This document shows positions 23,455 through 31,243 of a stretch of 36,172 nt of DNA, in pieces (the stretch's first letter is position 1; each line of letters starts with the position of its first letter). The notes beneath the pieces are model-generated. The model searched no databases. It saw nothing but the letters and a program-made list of their open reading frames with translations, and was not told the DNA's origin. The stretch covers positions 1 to 36,172 of the forward strand of contig DASXXY010000386.1 of assembly GCA_036502805.1 (NCBI GenBank). The letters are read 5' to 3'. The position numbers were made by a program, and so were the translations under genes. This DNA comes from Gaiellales bacterium. GTDB lineage: Bacteria > Actinomycetota > Thermoleophilia > Gaiellales > JALYLC01.

Positions 23455-24066
23455 GTGATCCCGTTCCTCCCCGCCCGCGGTGGCTCGCTCGACGTGATCT
23501 GCGGCCCGATGTTCTCGGGCAAGAGCGAAGAGCTCCTGCGCCGCATCCGCCGCGCCGAGATCGCCCAGCTCTCCCCCCTGCTCTTCAAGCCGAGCCTCGA
23601 CGACCGCTACGGCGAGGCCGACGTCGTCTCGCACGCCGGCAGCCGCCTGCGCTGCGTCTCGATCGGCTCGAGCGACGACATCGAGGGGCATCCCGACCTC
23701 GCCGCGGCGCTCGTCGTCGGCATCGACGAGGTGCAGTTCCTCGACGAGGGCGTCGTCGAGGTCGCCCTGCGGCTCGTCAGGCGCGGCACGCGCGTGCTCG
23801 CCGCCGGCCTCGACCGCGACTTCCGCGGCGAGCCCTTCGGGCCCATGCCGCAGCTGCTCGCGCACGCCGACGACGCCGACAAGCTGCACGCGATCTGCCA
23901 GATCTGTGCCGGCCCCGCCACGATGACGCAGCGCCTCGTCGACGGCCGCCCGGCGCGCCGCGACGATCCGGTCATCCTGGTCGGCGCGAGCGAGAGCTAC
24001 GAGGCCCGCTGCCGCGGCTGCCACCGCCTCGCAGACGCCGCGCTGCCCCTCGTCGCCACGGGCTGA
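23455..24066 (+). CDS. tdk: thymidine kinase
   Basis: ORF 23455..24066: VICGPMFSGKSEELLRR (P-loop), VVGIDEVQFL, CQICAGPATMTQR...ARCRGCH (zinc ribbon). GTG start. Confidence 0.93.
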   Translation: MIPFLPARGGSLDVICGPMFSGKSEELLRRIRRAEIAQLSPLLFKPSLDDRYGEADVVSHAGSRLRCVSIGSSDDIEGHPDLAAALVVGIDEVQFLDEGVVEVALRLVRRGTRVLAAGLDRDFRGEPFGPMPQLLAHADDADKLHAICQICAGPATMTQRLVDGRPARRDDPVILVGASESYEARCRGCHRLADAALPLVATG

Positions 24067-24093
24067 CCCGCCCCGAGCGGCGCCGCGGCGACG

Positions 24094-24156
24094 GTTGCGC
24101 AACACGGGGGGGTCTGGCCCGCAACGTGCGGGCCTGACCCTCGTGTTGCAGGCCTG
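24094..24156. repeat. palindromic repeat unit A (a hairpin of about 20 bp by itself), left copy of an inverted pair
   Basis: GCAACACGGGGGGGTCTGGCCCGC AACGT GCGGGCCTGACCCTCGTGTTGC (24099-24149) folds on itself with 1 mismatch, 1 G-U and a 2-nt bulge. It is preceded by the perfect 10-bp palindrome GTTGCGCAAC (24094-24103). Confidence 0.8.
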
Positions 24157-24325
24157 GCACCCGTTGTTGCACGCCGTCGCACTGCCGGTTGCCACGCCGT
24201 CCCCGGCCGAATCGGCCTTCTGCGACAGCATGCGGCGTAGCGCGAGGGTGGGCCGAGTGCCCGCGCGCTTGGCCTGCCCGAGCGCAGAGCCAGGCCCCCT
24301 CCGTGTGACGCGCAACAGCCGGGGT

Positions 24326-24383
24326 CAGGCCTGCAACACGAGGGTCAGGCCCGCACGTTGCGGCTCAGACCCCGTGTGTGCGC
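24326..24383. repeat. palindromic repeat unit B, inverted copy of unit A
   Basis: 24326-24363 (CAGGCCTGCAACACGAGGGTCAGGCCCGCACGTTGCGG) is the exact reverse complement of 24119-24156 (38/38). Similarity continues with a few mismatches and an indel to about 24383 versus 24098. Confidence 0.8.
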
Positions 24384-24555
24384 GATTTCGGGGTCCGCCC
24401 GGCCACCTCGTGACGCGTGCTACGAGGTGCGGACGTCACCCCTTGCCAGGGCACGCGTCCGGGAGGACGATTGCGGACGACTGCGTGGCCATTCACGCGA
24501 GCCGGGAGCTCGCGGCCCTGCAGTCTCCTTCCGTCCCCTGTCAAGGGACACATCG

Positions 24556-24585
24556 GCGAGCCGGGGCCTCGCGTGCCCGGCTCGC
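24556..24585. terminator. 10-bp GC hairpin, 28 nt downstream of the methyltransferase stop
   Basis: GCGAGCCGGG GCCTCGCGTG CCCGGCTCGC. On the plus strand it is followed by CCAGCGCTTTCTCC. There is no U-run on the minus strand. Confidence 0.4.
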
Positions 24586-24612
24586 CCAGCGCTTTCTCCG
24601 CCGGGCGGCGGA

Positions 24613-25224
24613 TCACCTTCTTCCAGCTGTCCATTCGCCGCTCGCGACGGTTCCGTAACGAACCTCGGCGAAGCCGGCGCGGCGCAGGCGCGGGGCGATC
24701 AGGGAGCTCGGGAACCAGATCGGCGTCCCGGCGCCCAGCGGATAGCAGAAGAGCGCCCAGCCGCCGGGCGCGAGCACGCGCAGGAGCTCGTCCTCGAACG
24801 GCTGCACGAGCAGCGACACGGTGAGCTCGAAGCCGGCGTCGGCGAACGGCAGCCGGCCGCCGTCGGCGACCGCGAAGCGCACGCCGCTCAGCTCCGGCTT
24901 GGCGCGCGCCCGCTCGATCATCTCGGGCGAGGCGTCGACGGCGTCGATCTGCGCCGCCGGGAACAGCTCCGCGAGGATCCCCGCAGCCTGGCCCGTGCCG
25001 GTGCCGACGTCGAGCACGCGCGCCGGCGCGGCGACGCCGAGCTCGCCGAGCGCGGCCTCGAGCATCCGCCGCGAGTCGGCCACGTCCGAGCGGATGCGAT
25101 CCCAGCTCGGAGCCAGGCCGTCGAAGCGGCGCGCGTGCAGGCGCGTGACGATGGCGTGCAGCGCCGGAATCCGGCCTTCGAGCCGCGTCAGGAGGCGCAC
25201 GGCGTGCAGGCGGCGCGATCTCAC
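24613..25224 (-). CDS. class I SAM-dependent methyltransferase
   Basis: C-terminal 203 aa of ORF 24613..25980: ARVLDVGTGTGQAAGILAE (motif I), IDAVDASPEMIERA, FELTVSLLV. GTG 25224 overlaps the oxidoreductase stop as GTGA; later starts are possible. Confidence 0.82.
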   Translation of the reverse strand: MRSRRLHAVRLLTRLEGRIPALHAIVTRLHARRFDGLAPSWDRIRSDVADSRRMLEAALGELGVAAPARVLDVGTGTGQAAGILAELFPAAQIDAVDASPEMIERARAKPELSGVRFAVADGGRLPFADAGFELTVSLLVQPFEDELLRVLAPGGWALFCYPLGAGTPIWFPSSLIAPRLRRAGFAEVRYGTVASGEWTAGRR

Positions 25225-26195
25225 TCGAAGTGCACGAGCACCTTGCCGCGCTTGCCGCTCTCGGCCATGCGCTCGAACGCCTTGACGGCGTCCTCGTACG
25301 GGAAGACGTGATCGATCACGGGCCGCATGCGCCCGCTCGCGAGATCCGGGAGGACCTCGCGCTCGAATGCGCGCAGCGCCATCGCCTTCTCCTCGAGCGG
25401 CCGGGCGCGCAGCATCGTCCCGCGGATGCTCGCGCGGCGGGCCATCAGCTGCCGCAGCACGAGCGAGACCTCGGCGCCGGCGCCGAGGCCGACGATCACG
25501 ATGCGGCCGAGCACGGCCACGGCGCGCAGGTTGTCGGGGAAGTGCGGTGCGCCGACGAGCTCGAGGATGACGTTGGCGCCGCGGCTGCCGGTCGCGGTGA
25601 GCACGCCGTCGGCGAAGCCCGCGTCCTCGATCGGCTCGCCGCCGAGCTCGCGCACGAGCGCCGCCGAGGAGTCGCTGCGGACGGTGCCGAGCACGCGCGC
25701 GCCCGCCGCGACGCCGATCTGCACGGCCGCGCTGCCGACGCCGCCGGCCGCGCCGTGCACGAGCAGCGTCTCGCCCAGCGTCAGCTGCGCCTGGCTGCGG
25801 ATCGCGTCGTGAGCCGTGATGAACGCCTCCGGCACGGCGGCCGCGGCAGCGTCGTCGAGCGAGTCGGGGACGGCGGCGACGTTGCGGCCGTGGACGATCA
25901 CGCGGTCGGCGAGACCGCCGCCGCCGACGAGGCCGAACACCCGGTCGCCGGGCTTCCAGCCGAGCACCTGCGCGCCGCACGCCTCGACGGTGCCCGAGAC
26001 CTCGAGGCCGGGCACGTCCTGCGGGCTGCCGGGAGGCGCCGGGTACGAGCCGTCGCGCTGCGAGAGGTCGGCCGGGTTGATGCCGGCGTGCGTGACGCGC
26101 ACGAGCAGCTCCTCGCTGCCCGGCACCGGATCCGGCCGCTGCTCGAGACGGATGACCTCGTTGCCGCCGGCTCCGGCAAATACGACTGCGCGCAC
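25221..26195 (-). CDS. NADPH:quinone oxidoreductase / zeta-crystallin-type MDR family protein
   Basis: C-terminal 324 aa of ORF 25221..26636: VRAVVFAGAGGNEVIRLEQRPDPVPGSEELLVRVTHAGINPADL..GLEVSGTV..LLVHGAAGGVGSAAVQI..GKVLVHFE. GTG 26195 has GAGGAG 6 nt upstream. Confidence 0.9.
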   Translation of the reverse strand: MRAVVFAGAGGNEVIRLEQRPDPVPGSEELLVRVTHAGINPADLSQRDGSYPAPPGSPQDVPGLEVSGTVEACGAQVLGWKPGDRVFGLVGGGGLADRVIVHGRNVAAVPDSLDDAAAAAVPEAFITAHDAIRSQAQLTLGETLLVHGAAGGVGSAAVQIGVAAGARVLGTVRSDSSAALVRELGGEPIEDAGFADGVLTATGSRGANVILELVGAPHFPDNLRAVAVLGRIVIVGLGAGAEVSLVLRQLMARRASIRGTMLRARPLEEKAMALRAFEREVLPDLASGRMRPVIDHVFPYEDAVKAFERMAESGKRGKVLVHFE

Positions 26196-26430
26196 GTGTG
26201 CTCCTCGGTTTGGCCTCCGCGGCAGCCTAGAGCACCGCCGAGAGCGCGGGCCAGGTGCGGAACGCACCCGCGCCACGCGCGCGTGCTGCCACGCTGCCGG
26301 GCCGGAGGGACGCCCGAGCTGCTCGTACGGGGCAGGCTCGTCGCGCGCGTCAGGGTGACGGTGGCGCGCAGGTGACGCGCGCCCGGCCGGCGCGGCGCGC
26401 GCGCTGCGAGCGTCCCGCGGGCGGCGTGCC

Positions 26431-27582
26431 ATGTGCGAGCATCCCGGCATGAGCGAGGTCCCCGCACGCGCAGACGTCGTCGTCATCGGCGGAGGCGCGG
26501 TCGGTGCCAGCACCGCGTTCCACCTCGCGACGGGCGGCGTCACCGACGTCGTCCTGCTCGAGCGCGACACGCTCGCCAGCGGCTCGACGTCGCGCTCGGC
26601 GGGCGGCGCGCGGCTGCAGTTCGCGGACGAGCTCAATGTCGGGCTCTCGCTGCGCAGCCTGGACGAGTTCGAGCGCTGGGATGCGCTGATCGGCGAGCAC
26701 GTCTCGTTCGTGCCCGAGATCGCGTTCCACCAGCACGGCTACCTCTTCCTGCTCGACACGGCCGAGCAGGTCGAGCGCTTCCGGGCGGCGATCGCGGTGC
26801 AGCACGCGCTCGGCGTGCCGTCGCTCGAGCTGACGCCGGCCGAGGCGCTCGAGCTCGTGCCGCAGCTCGAGCTCGACGGCATCCTCGGCGCGACGTTCTG
26901 CCCACGGGACGGCTACATGAGCCCGGAGGCCGTCGTGCAGGGCTACGCGGCCGCGGCCGTCGCGCGCGGCGCGACGGTGCTGCAGGGCTGCCCGGCGATC
27001 GCCATCGAGCAGGCCGGCGGGCGCATCACGGGCGTGCGCACCGCACGCGGGACGATCGCGACCGACACCGTCGTGTGCGCGGCCGGCGCGTGGTCGCGCG
27101 AGGTCGGCGAGATGGTCGGCCTCGACATCCCGGTGCACGGCGAGGCCCGTCACATGTGGTTCTCGCCCGAGCGCGGCGACCTGCGCCCCGACCTGCCGCT
27201 GACGATCGACTTCACGACCAGCTTCTACTTCCACGCCGAGGGGCCCGGCATCGTCTTCGGCGGTCGCGAGGAGGCGCTCGAGGACGTCGCCGAGCACGCG
27301 CTCGAGCGGCTGCCGCTGATCCTCGAGCTGCCGATCCAGAGCAGCTGGTGGGGCTACTACGAGGTCAGCCCGGATCACAACGCGATCGTCGGCGAGGCGG
27401 CCGGGCCCGGCCGCTTCCTCTACGCGACCGGCTTCTCGGGGCACGGCTTCCAGCAGGCCCCGGCGGTCGGCGAGCACCTCGCGCAGCTGATCCGGCACGA
27501 GGCAACGGCGTTCGACCTCGGCGTGTTCGCGCTCGAGCGCTTCGCGCGCGGCGAGTCGCGCGCCGAGCACTTCGTCGTCTGA
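26431..27582 (+). CDS. FAD-dependent oxidoreductase, DAO family (sarcosine/glycine oxidase beta-like)
   Basis: ORF 26431..27582: ADVVVIGGGAVGASTAFHLA..VVLLERD..SGSTSRSAGG..ATGFSGHGFQQAPAVG. An alternative ATG start is at 26449. Confidence 0.9.
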   Translation: MCEHPGMSEVPARADVVVIGGGAVGASTAFHLATGGVTDVVLLERDTLASGSTSRSAGGARLQFADELNVGLSLRSLDEFERWDALIGEHVSFVPEIAFHQHGYLFLLDTAEQVERFRAAIAVQHALGVPSLELTPAEALELVPQLELDGILGATFCPRDGYMSPEAVVQGYAAAAVARGATVLQGCPAIAIEQAGGRITGVRTARGTIATDTVVCAAGAWSREVGEMVGLDIPVHGEARHMWFSPERGDLRPDLPLTIDFTTSFYFHAEGPGIVFGGREEALEDVAEHALERLPLILELPIQSSWWGYYEVSPDHNAIVGEAAGPGRFLYATGFSGHGFQQAPAVGEHLAQLIRHEATAFDLGVFALERFARGESRAEHFVV

Positions 27583-28068
27583 CGCGCCCGGGGGGCCGCC
27601 GCCGGCCCGCACCTGCCGGCGCGCCGGAAAACGAATGACCGGGCGACCGCCGTTTCGTCCACTCTGCCGACGAACCGTTTCCTCGAGAGGATCCAGTACC
27701 TCGGCGGAGCTTCAACCTACTTCGGCAGCGCCCGGTGCAAGGCGGAAGCTATGCGACCTCCAGCGTGCCGCGCAAGCGCTCGCGGTGAAGAAAAAGCGCT
27801 ACGAGCGGTAAAAGCCGCGTGACGCCCGAGCGCGGGCGAGCGCAGCCGCCCCCGGCGCGCCGGGCCGGCGTGCGCCACGTGGCGCTCACGGCGGTTCGCT
27901 TCGCCTGGCGTGCCGGCGGTGGCTGCGGCGCCCTCGCGCCGCGGTCGCTTCGGCTCGCCCACCCGCCGGCCGCGTGGCACCGCGCTGACCGCCGGATCGA
28001 TCCGACCTTGCTGAGGCCGGCGGGAGGCGCCGCCTCCCGGCGCGCCCGCCGCTGGCTACGCTGGCGGC

Positions 28069-29238
28069 GTGGGATCCGCGGAGGGGCAGACTGCGGCGAC
28101 CATGCCGGCCGAGCTGCGGTCGGCGCGCGCTGCCGTGACGGCCGTCTTCTTCGTCAACGGCGCGCTGATCGCGTCCTGGGCGCCGTACATCCCGCGCATC
28201 AAGGGCGAGCTCGAGCTGAGCGCGCGGTCGCTCGGGTTCGTGCTCCTCGCGATGGCGTTCGGAGCGGTCGCGGCGATGCCCGCGGCGGGGCTGCTCGTCG
28301 AGCGCCTCGGAGCCCGCGTCACGCTCGCGGCGGCGGTGGCGCTCGGCTACGTCGCGCTGCCGTTCGTGCTGCTCGCGCCGGGCGCGCGCTCGCTCGCCGT
28401 CGTGCTCGTCGTGCTCGGCGCCGCGACGGGCGTGACGGACGTCGCGATGAATGCGAACGGGGCCGCCGTCGAGCACCGCTACGGGCGGCCGATCCTGTCG
28501 TCGCTGCACGCGCTCTGGAGCATCGGCGCGTTCACGGCCGCCGGCGTCACGGCGCTGATGGTCGCGACGGGCGTGCCCGCGGAGCTGCACCTGATCGTCG
28601 TCTCCGTCGCCCTCGGAGCCGCCGGCCTGGCGGCGTGCTCGCGGCTGATGCCGGCGGCCGAGCGCGGCGGCGAGCGCCCGCGCGGACGGGCGCTGCCGTC
28701 GCGGCGCGTGCTCGGCCTGACGCTGATCGCGCTCTCGTCGTTCCTCGCCGAGGGCGCCATCAACGATTGGGGCGCGCTCTACCTGCGCGGCTCGCTCGGC
28801 GAGAGCGCGACGATCGGCGCAGCCGGCTATGCCGTCTTCGTCGGCTCGATGGCGCTGATGCGGCTGAGCGGCGACCGGCTCACGGCGCGCCTCGGGCGCG
28901 TCCCGATCGTGCGCAGCGGCGCCGCGCTGGCCGGCCTCGCGCTCGCGCTCGCACTGCTCGCAGGGCATCCGCTGGCGGCCTTCGCCGCGTTCGCGTGCCT
29001 GGGCCTCGGGCTCGCGAACATCTTCCCGCTCGTCGTCAGCGCCGCGAGCCGCGCGTCGTCGCCCGGCCTCGCGATCGCGACGGTGAGCACCGGCGGCTAC
29101 GCCGGCGTGCTGATCGGCCCGCCGGCGATCGGCTTCCTCGCCGACGCGACGTCGCTGCCGGCCGCGCTCGGCCTCGTCGTCGCCCTCTGCGCGCTGATGG
29201 CCGTGCTCGGCGGCCTCGTGCGCAGCGGACCTGTCTAG
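28069..29238 (+). CDS. MFS transporter
   Basis: ORF 28069..29238. About 12 hydrophobic segments, and a typical loop 2-3 LVERLGAR. GTG 28069 or ATG 28102. Confidence 0.85.
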   Translation: MGSAEGQTAATMPAELRSARAAVTAVFFVNGALIASWAPYIPRIKGELELSARSLGFVLLAMAFGAVAAMPAAGLLVERLGARVTLAAAVALGYVALPFVLLAPGARSLAVVLVVLGAATGVTDVAMNANGAAVEHRYGRPILSSLHALWSIGAFTAAGVTALMVATGVPAELHLIVVSVALGAAGLAACSRLMPAAERGGERPRGRALPSRRVLGLTLIALSSFLAEGAINDWGALYLRGSLGESATIGAAGYAVFVGSMALMRLSGDRLTARLGRVPIVRSGAALAGLALALALLAGHPLAAFAAFACLGLGLANIFPLVVSAASRASSPGLAIATVSTGGYAGVLIGPPAIGFLADATSLPAALGLVVALCALMAVLGGLVRSGPV

Positions 29239-29350
29239 CGCGGATCCCCCGGAGCGGTGACGCCGGCCGCCCGACTTGGACTATGGGTGTGAGGAGCGAC
29301 AGGAATCCGCCGCTTTCGGCGGCCTCGCAGCGCGACGCTCCCAGGCACCC

Positions 29351-29743
29351 ATGATCCGCAGACTGCTCATCCTCATCACCACGGCGCTCGCGCTCGGAGC
29401 CTTCGCCGCCGGCGCCGGCGCCGCCGCGCTCAAGCCGCTGCCGAAGCTGAACGGCGTGCGTTGCCGCCAGGTCGTCGCGGCGAGCAGCCTGACGGGCTTC
29501 TCGTGCGGCCGCCCGAGCGACGCGCGGTCGTACGTCGTGACGATCGAGGTCGCGCCGCGCAGCCCCTATGGACAGCGCCCCGAGGACGTGCGCTCGGGCA
29601 GCTGGGTGCGCACGACGCGTACGGGATTCGCCGGGCACGTCTACGTGATGGTCGTGGCGACGCGCACCGACGGCGACGTGCGGCGTGCCCGCCGCGACGC
29701 GGCCGCGGCCGCCCGCTGGCTCGCGCACCTCAACGCGGCCTGA
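29351..29743 (+). CDS. small secreted hypothetical protein (130 aa)
   Basis: Within ORF 29276..29743. ATG 29351 gives MIRRLLILITTALALGAFAAGAGAAA (signal peptide) and two Cys residues. I recognise no family and see no clear SD. Confidence 0.55.
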   Translation: MIRRLLILITTALALGAFAAGAGAAALKPLPKLNGVRCRQVVAASSLTGFSCGRPSDARSYVVTIEVAPRSPYGQRPEDVRSGSWVRTTRTGFAGHVYVMVVATRTDGDVRRARRDAAAAARWLAHLNAA

Positions 29744-29761
29744 CGCGAGCGCGCGCGGCGC

Positions 29762-31243
29762 TCAGCCGCGCGGGATGCCGATCGCGCGTCCGGCGCGCTC
29801 CGGGCGCGGCAGCGCGGCATGCGCCGCCTGCAGCCGCTGCACGCGCGCGTACACCTCGCCGCCGGCCGGAGCGGCGCGGCGCGCGCCCGTGTCGACGTGC
29901 AGGAACAGCTGCTCGGCCGTCGCGAGCAGCGCGCCGTCGCCCTCGCGCCAGAGCGAGTGGAAGACGTGCAGGCGGCGGGGATCGCTGTCGAGGACCTGCG
30001 TCGTCACGGCGAGCCGGTCGTCGAGCAGGGCCTCGCGCAGATGCGAGAGGTGGCTCTCGACCGTGAAGTAGCTGCCGCCCGCGAGGTACGCATCGTCGAT
30101 GCCGAGCGCGGCGAAGAGCGCGTCCGACGAGTCGCCGAAGACCTGCAGGTAGCGGCTCTCGTGGGCATGGCCGTTGTAGTCGACCCAGTCGGGCGCGACC
30201 ACCGCGGCGTGCAGCGCGAGCGGCTGCGAGAGGTCGGCGTCGTCGGCGAGCACGGGCGGCCGGCCGGCCGTCGCGAGCGCGCGCTCGTGGCGGGCGAGCA
30301 CGGCGCCGGCGCCGATGTCGCGCGCCCGCAGCGCCTGCAGCACGGACACGAGGCAGTCGTCGCGCAGCTGCTCGAGCTCGCGCACGCTGCGCCCCTCGGC
30401 CTGCTCGTCGGACTGCGAGACGATCGTGTCGAGCAGCTCCTCGGTGAGCTCGGGCACGTCGGTCAGCTTCGTCCACGGCCACTGCAGGGCGGGGCCGAAC
30501 TGCTCCATGAAATGGCGCATCCCCTCCTCCCCGCCCGTGATGCGATAGGTCAGGAACGTGCCCATCGAGGCCCAGCGGAGGCCGGCGCCGAGGCGGATCG
30601 CGTCATCCACCTCGGCCACGCTCGCGATGCCGTCGTTGACGAGCCAGAGCGCCTCGCGCCAGAGCGCCTCGAGCATGCGGTCGGCGACGAAGCCGTCGAT
30701 CTCCTTGCGCACGACGAGCGGCGCCATGCCGAGCCCGGCGTAGAGCACCCGCGCGCGCTCGATCGCCGCAGGCTCGGTGCGCTCGCCCGCGCACAGCTCC
30801 ACGAGCGGCAGGAGGTAGACCGGATTGAACGGATGCGCGACGAGGAAGCGCTCGGGGTGCGCCATCCGCGCGGCGAGCTCGGTCGGGCGCAGGCCCGAGG
30901 TCGAGGATGCGATCAGGACGCCCGGATCGGCGGCCGTGCAGGCCTCCGCGAGCAGCGCCTGCTTGAGCTCGAGGCGCTCGGGCGCGCTCTCCTGTACGAG
31001 CTCGACGCCGCGCGCCGCCTCGGCGGCCGTCGCGACCAGCGTGAGCCCCCCCTCGGGCGGCAGCGCGACGGCCGAGAGCCGGGTCAGCGCCCGGCGGGCG
31101 TTGCCGAGCATCTCGCCGATCTTGCGCTCGGCCTCGGGATCGGGGTCGTAGAGGCGGACGTCGAAGCCGGCGAGCAGGAAGCGCGCAGCCCAGCCGCCGC
31201 CGATCACGCCGCCGCCGAGCAGGCCCACCGTGCGTGTGCTCAC
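29762..31243 (-). CDS. L-carnitine dehydrogenase-like 3-hydroxyacyl-CoA dehydrogenase fused to a C-terminal hotdog thioesterase-like domain
   Basis: C-terminal 493 aa of ORF 29762..31858: VGLLGGGVIGGGWAARFLLAGFDVRLYDPDP (NAD fold), HPFNPVYLLPLVEL, LRWASMGTFLTYRITGGEEGMRHFMEQFGPALQWPWTKL (carnitine-DH-like; comparison from memory). The last 150 or so aa (VDYNGHAHESRYLQVF..FTVESHLSHL) are thioesterase-like. GTG 31243 overlaps the IclR stop as GTGA. Confidence 0.8.
   Translation of the reverse strand: MSTRTVGLLGGGVIGGGWAARFLLAGFDVRLYDPDPEAERKIGEMLGNARRALTRLSAVALPPEGGLTLVATAAEAARGVELVQESAPERLELKQALLAEACTAADPGVLIASSTSGLRPTELAARMAHPERFLVAHPFNPVYLLPLVELCAGERTEPAAIERARVLYAGLGMAPLVVRKEIDGFVADRMLEALWREALWLVNDGIASVAEVDDAIRLGAGLRWASMGTFLTYRITGGEEGMRHFMEQFGPALQWPWTKLTDVPELTEELLDTIVSQSDEQAEGRSVRELEQLRDDCLVSVLQALRARDIGAGAVLARHERALATAGRPPVLADDADLSQPLALHAAVVAPDWVDYNGHAHESRYLQVFGDSSDALFAALGIDDAYLAGGSYFTVESHLSHLREALLDDRLAVTTQVLDSDPRRLHVFHSLWREGDGALLATAEQLFLHVDTGARRAAPAGGEVYARVQRLQAAHAALPRPERAGRAIGIPRG

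Noticed and set aside
24095-24658. ORFs spanning the palindromic repeats (24095-24658 plus strand, 23410-24315 and 24365-24634 minus strand) as possible small proteins or a MITE-encoded peptide.
   Set aside because: Their reading frames run through inverted repeats, so the same 'peptide' ACNTRVRPARCG appears on both strands. They lack coding bias and start signals.
27682-27694. Adjacent CTCGAG and GGATCC sites (plus GGCGCGCC at 27618) that look like a cloning polylinker.
   Set aside because: The flanking sequence is continuous with genomic context and no vector features are present. Such 6-mers are expected by chance in GC-rich DNA.
27717-27980. An 87-aa minus-strand ORF in the spacer upstream of the MFS gene.
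   Set aside because: Its composition is Arg/Ala/Gly-rich. Codon third positions are not GC-biased over its 3' half, there is no SD, and it overlaps the structured AT-richer core. More likely non-coding.
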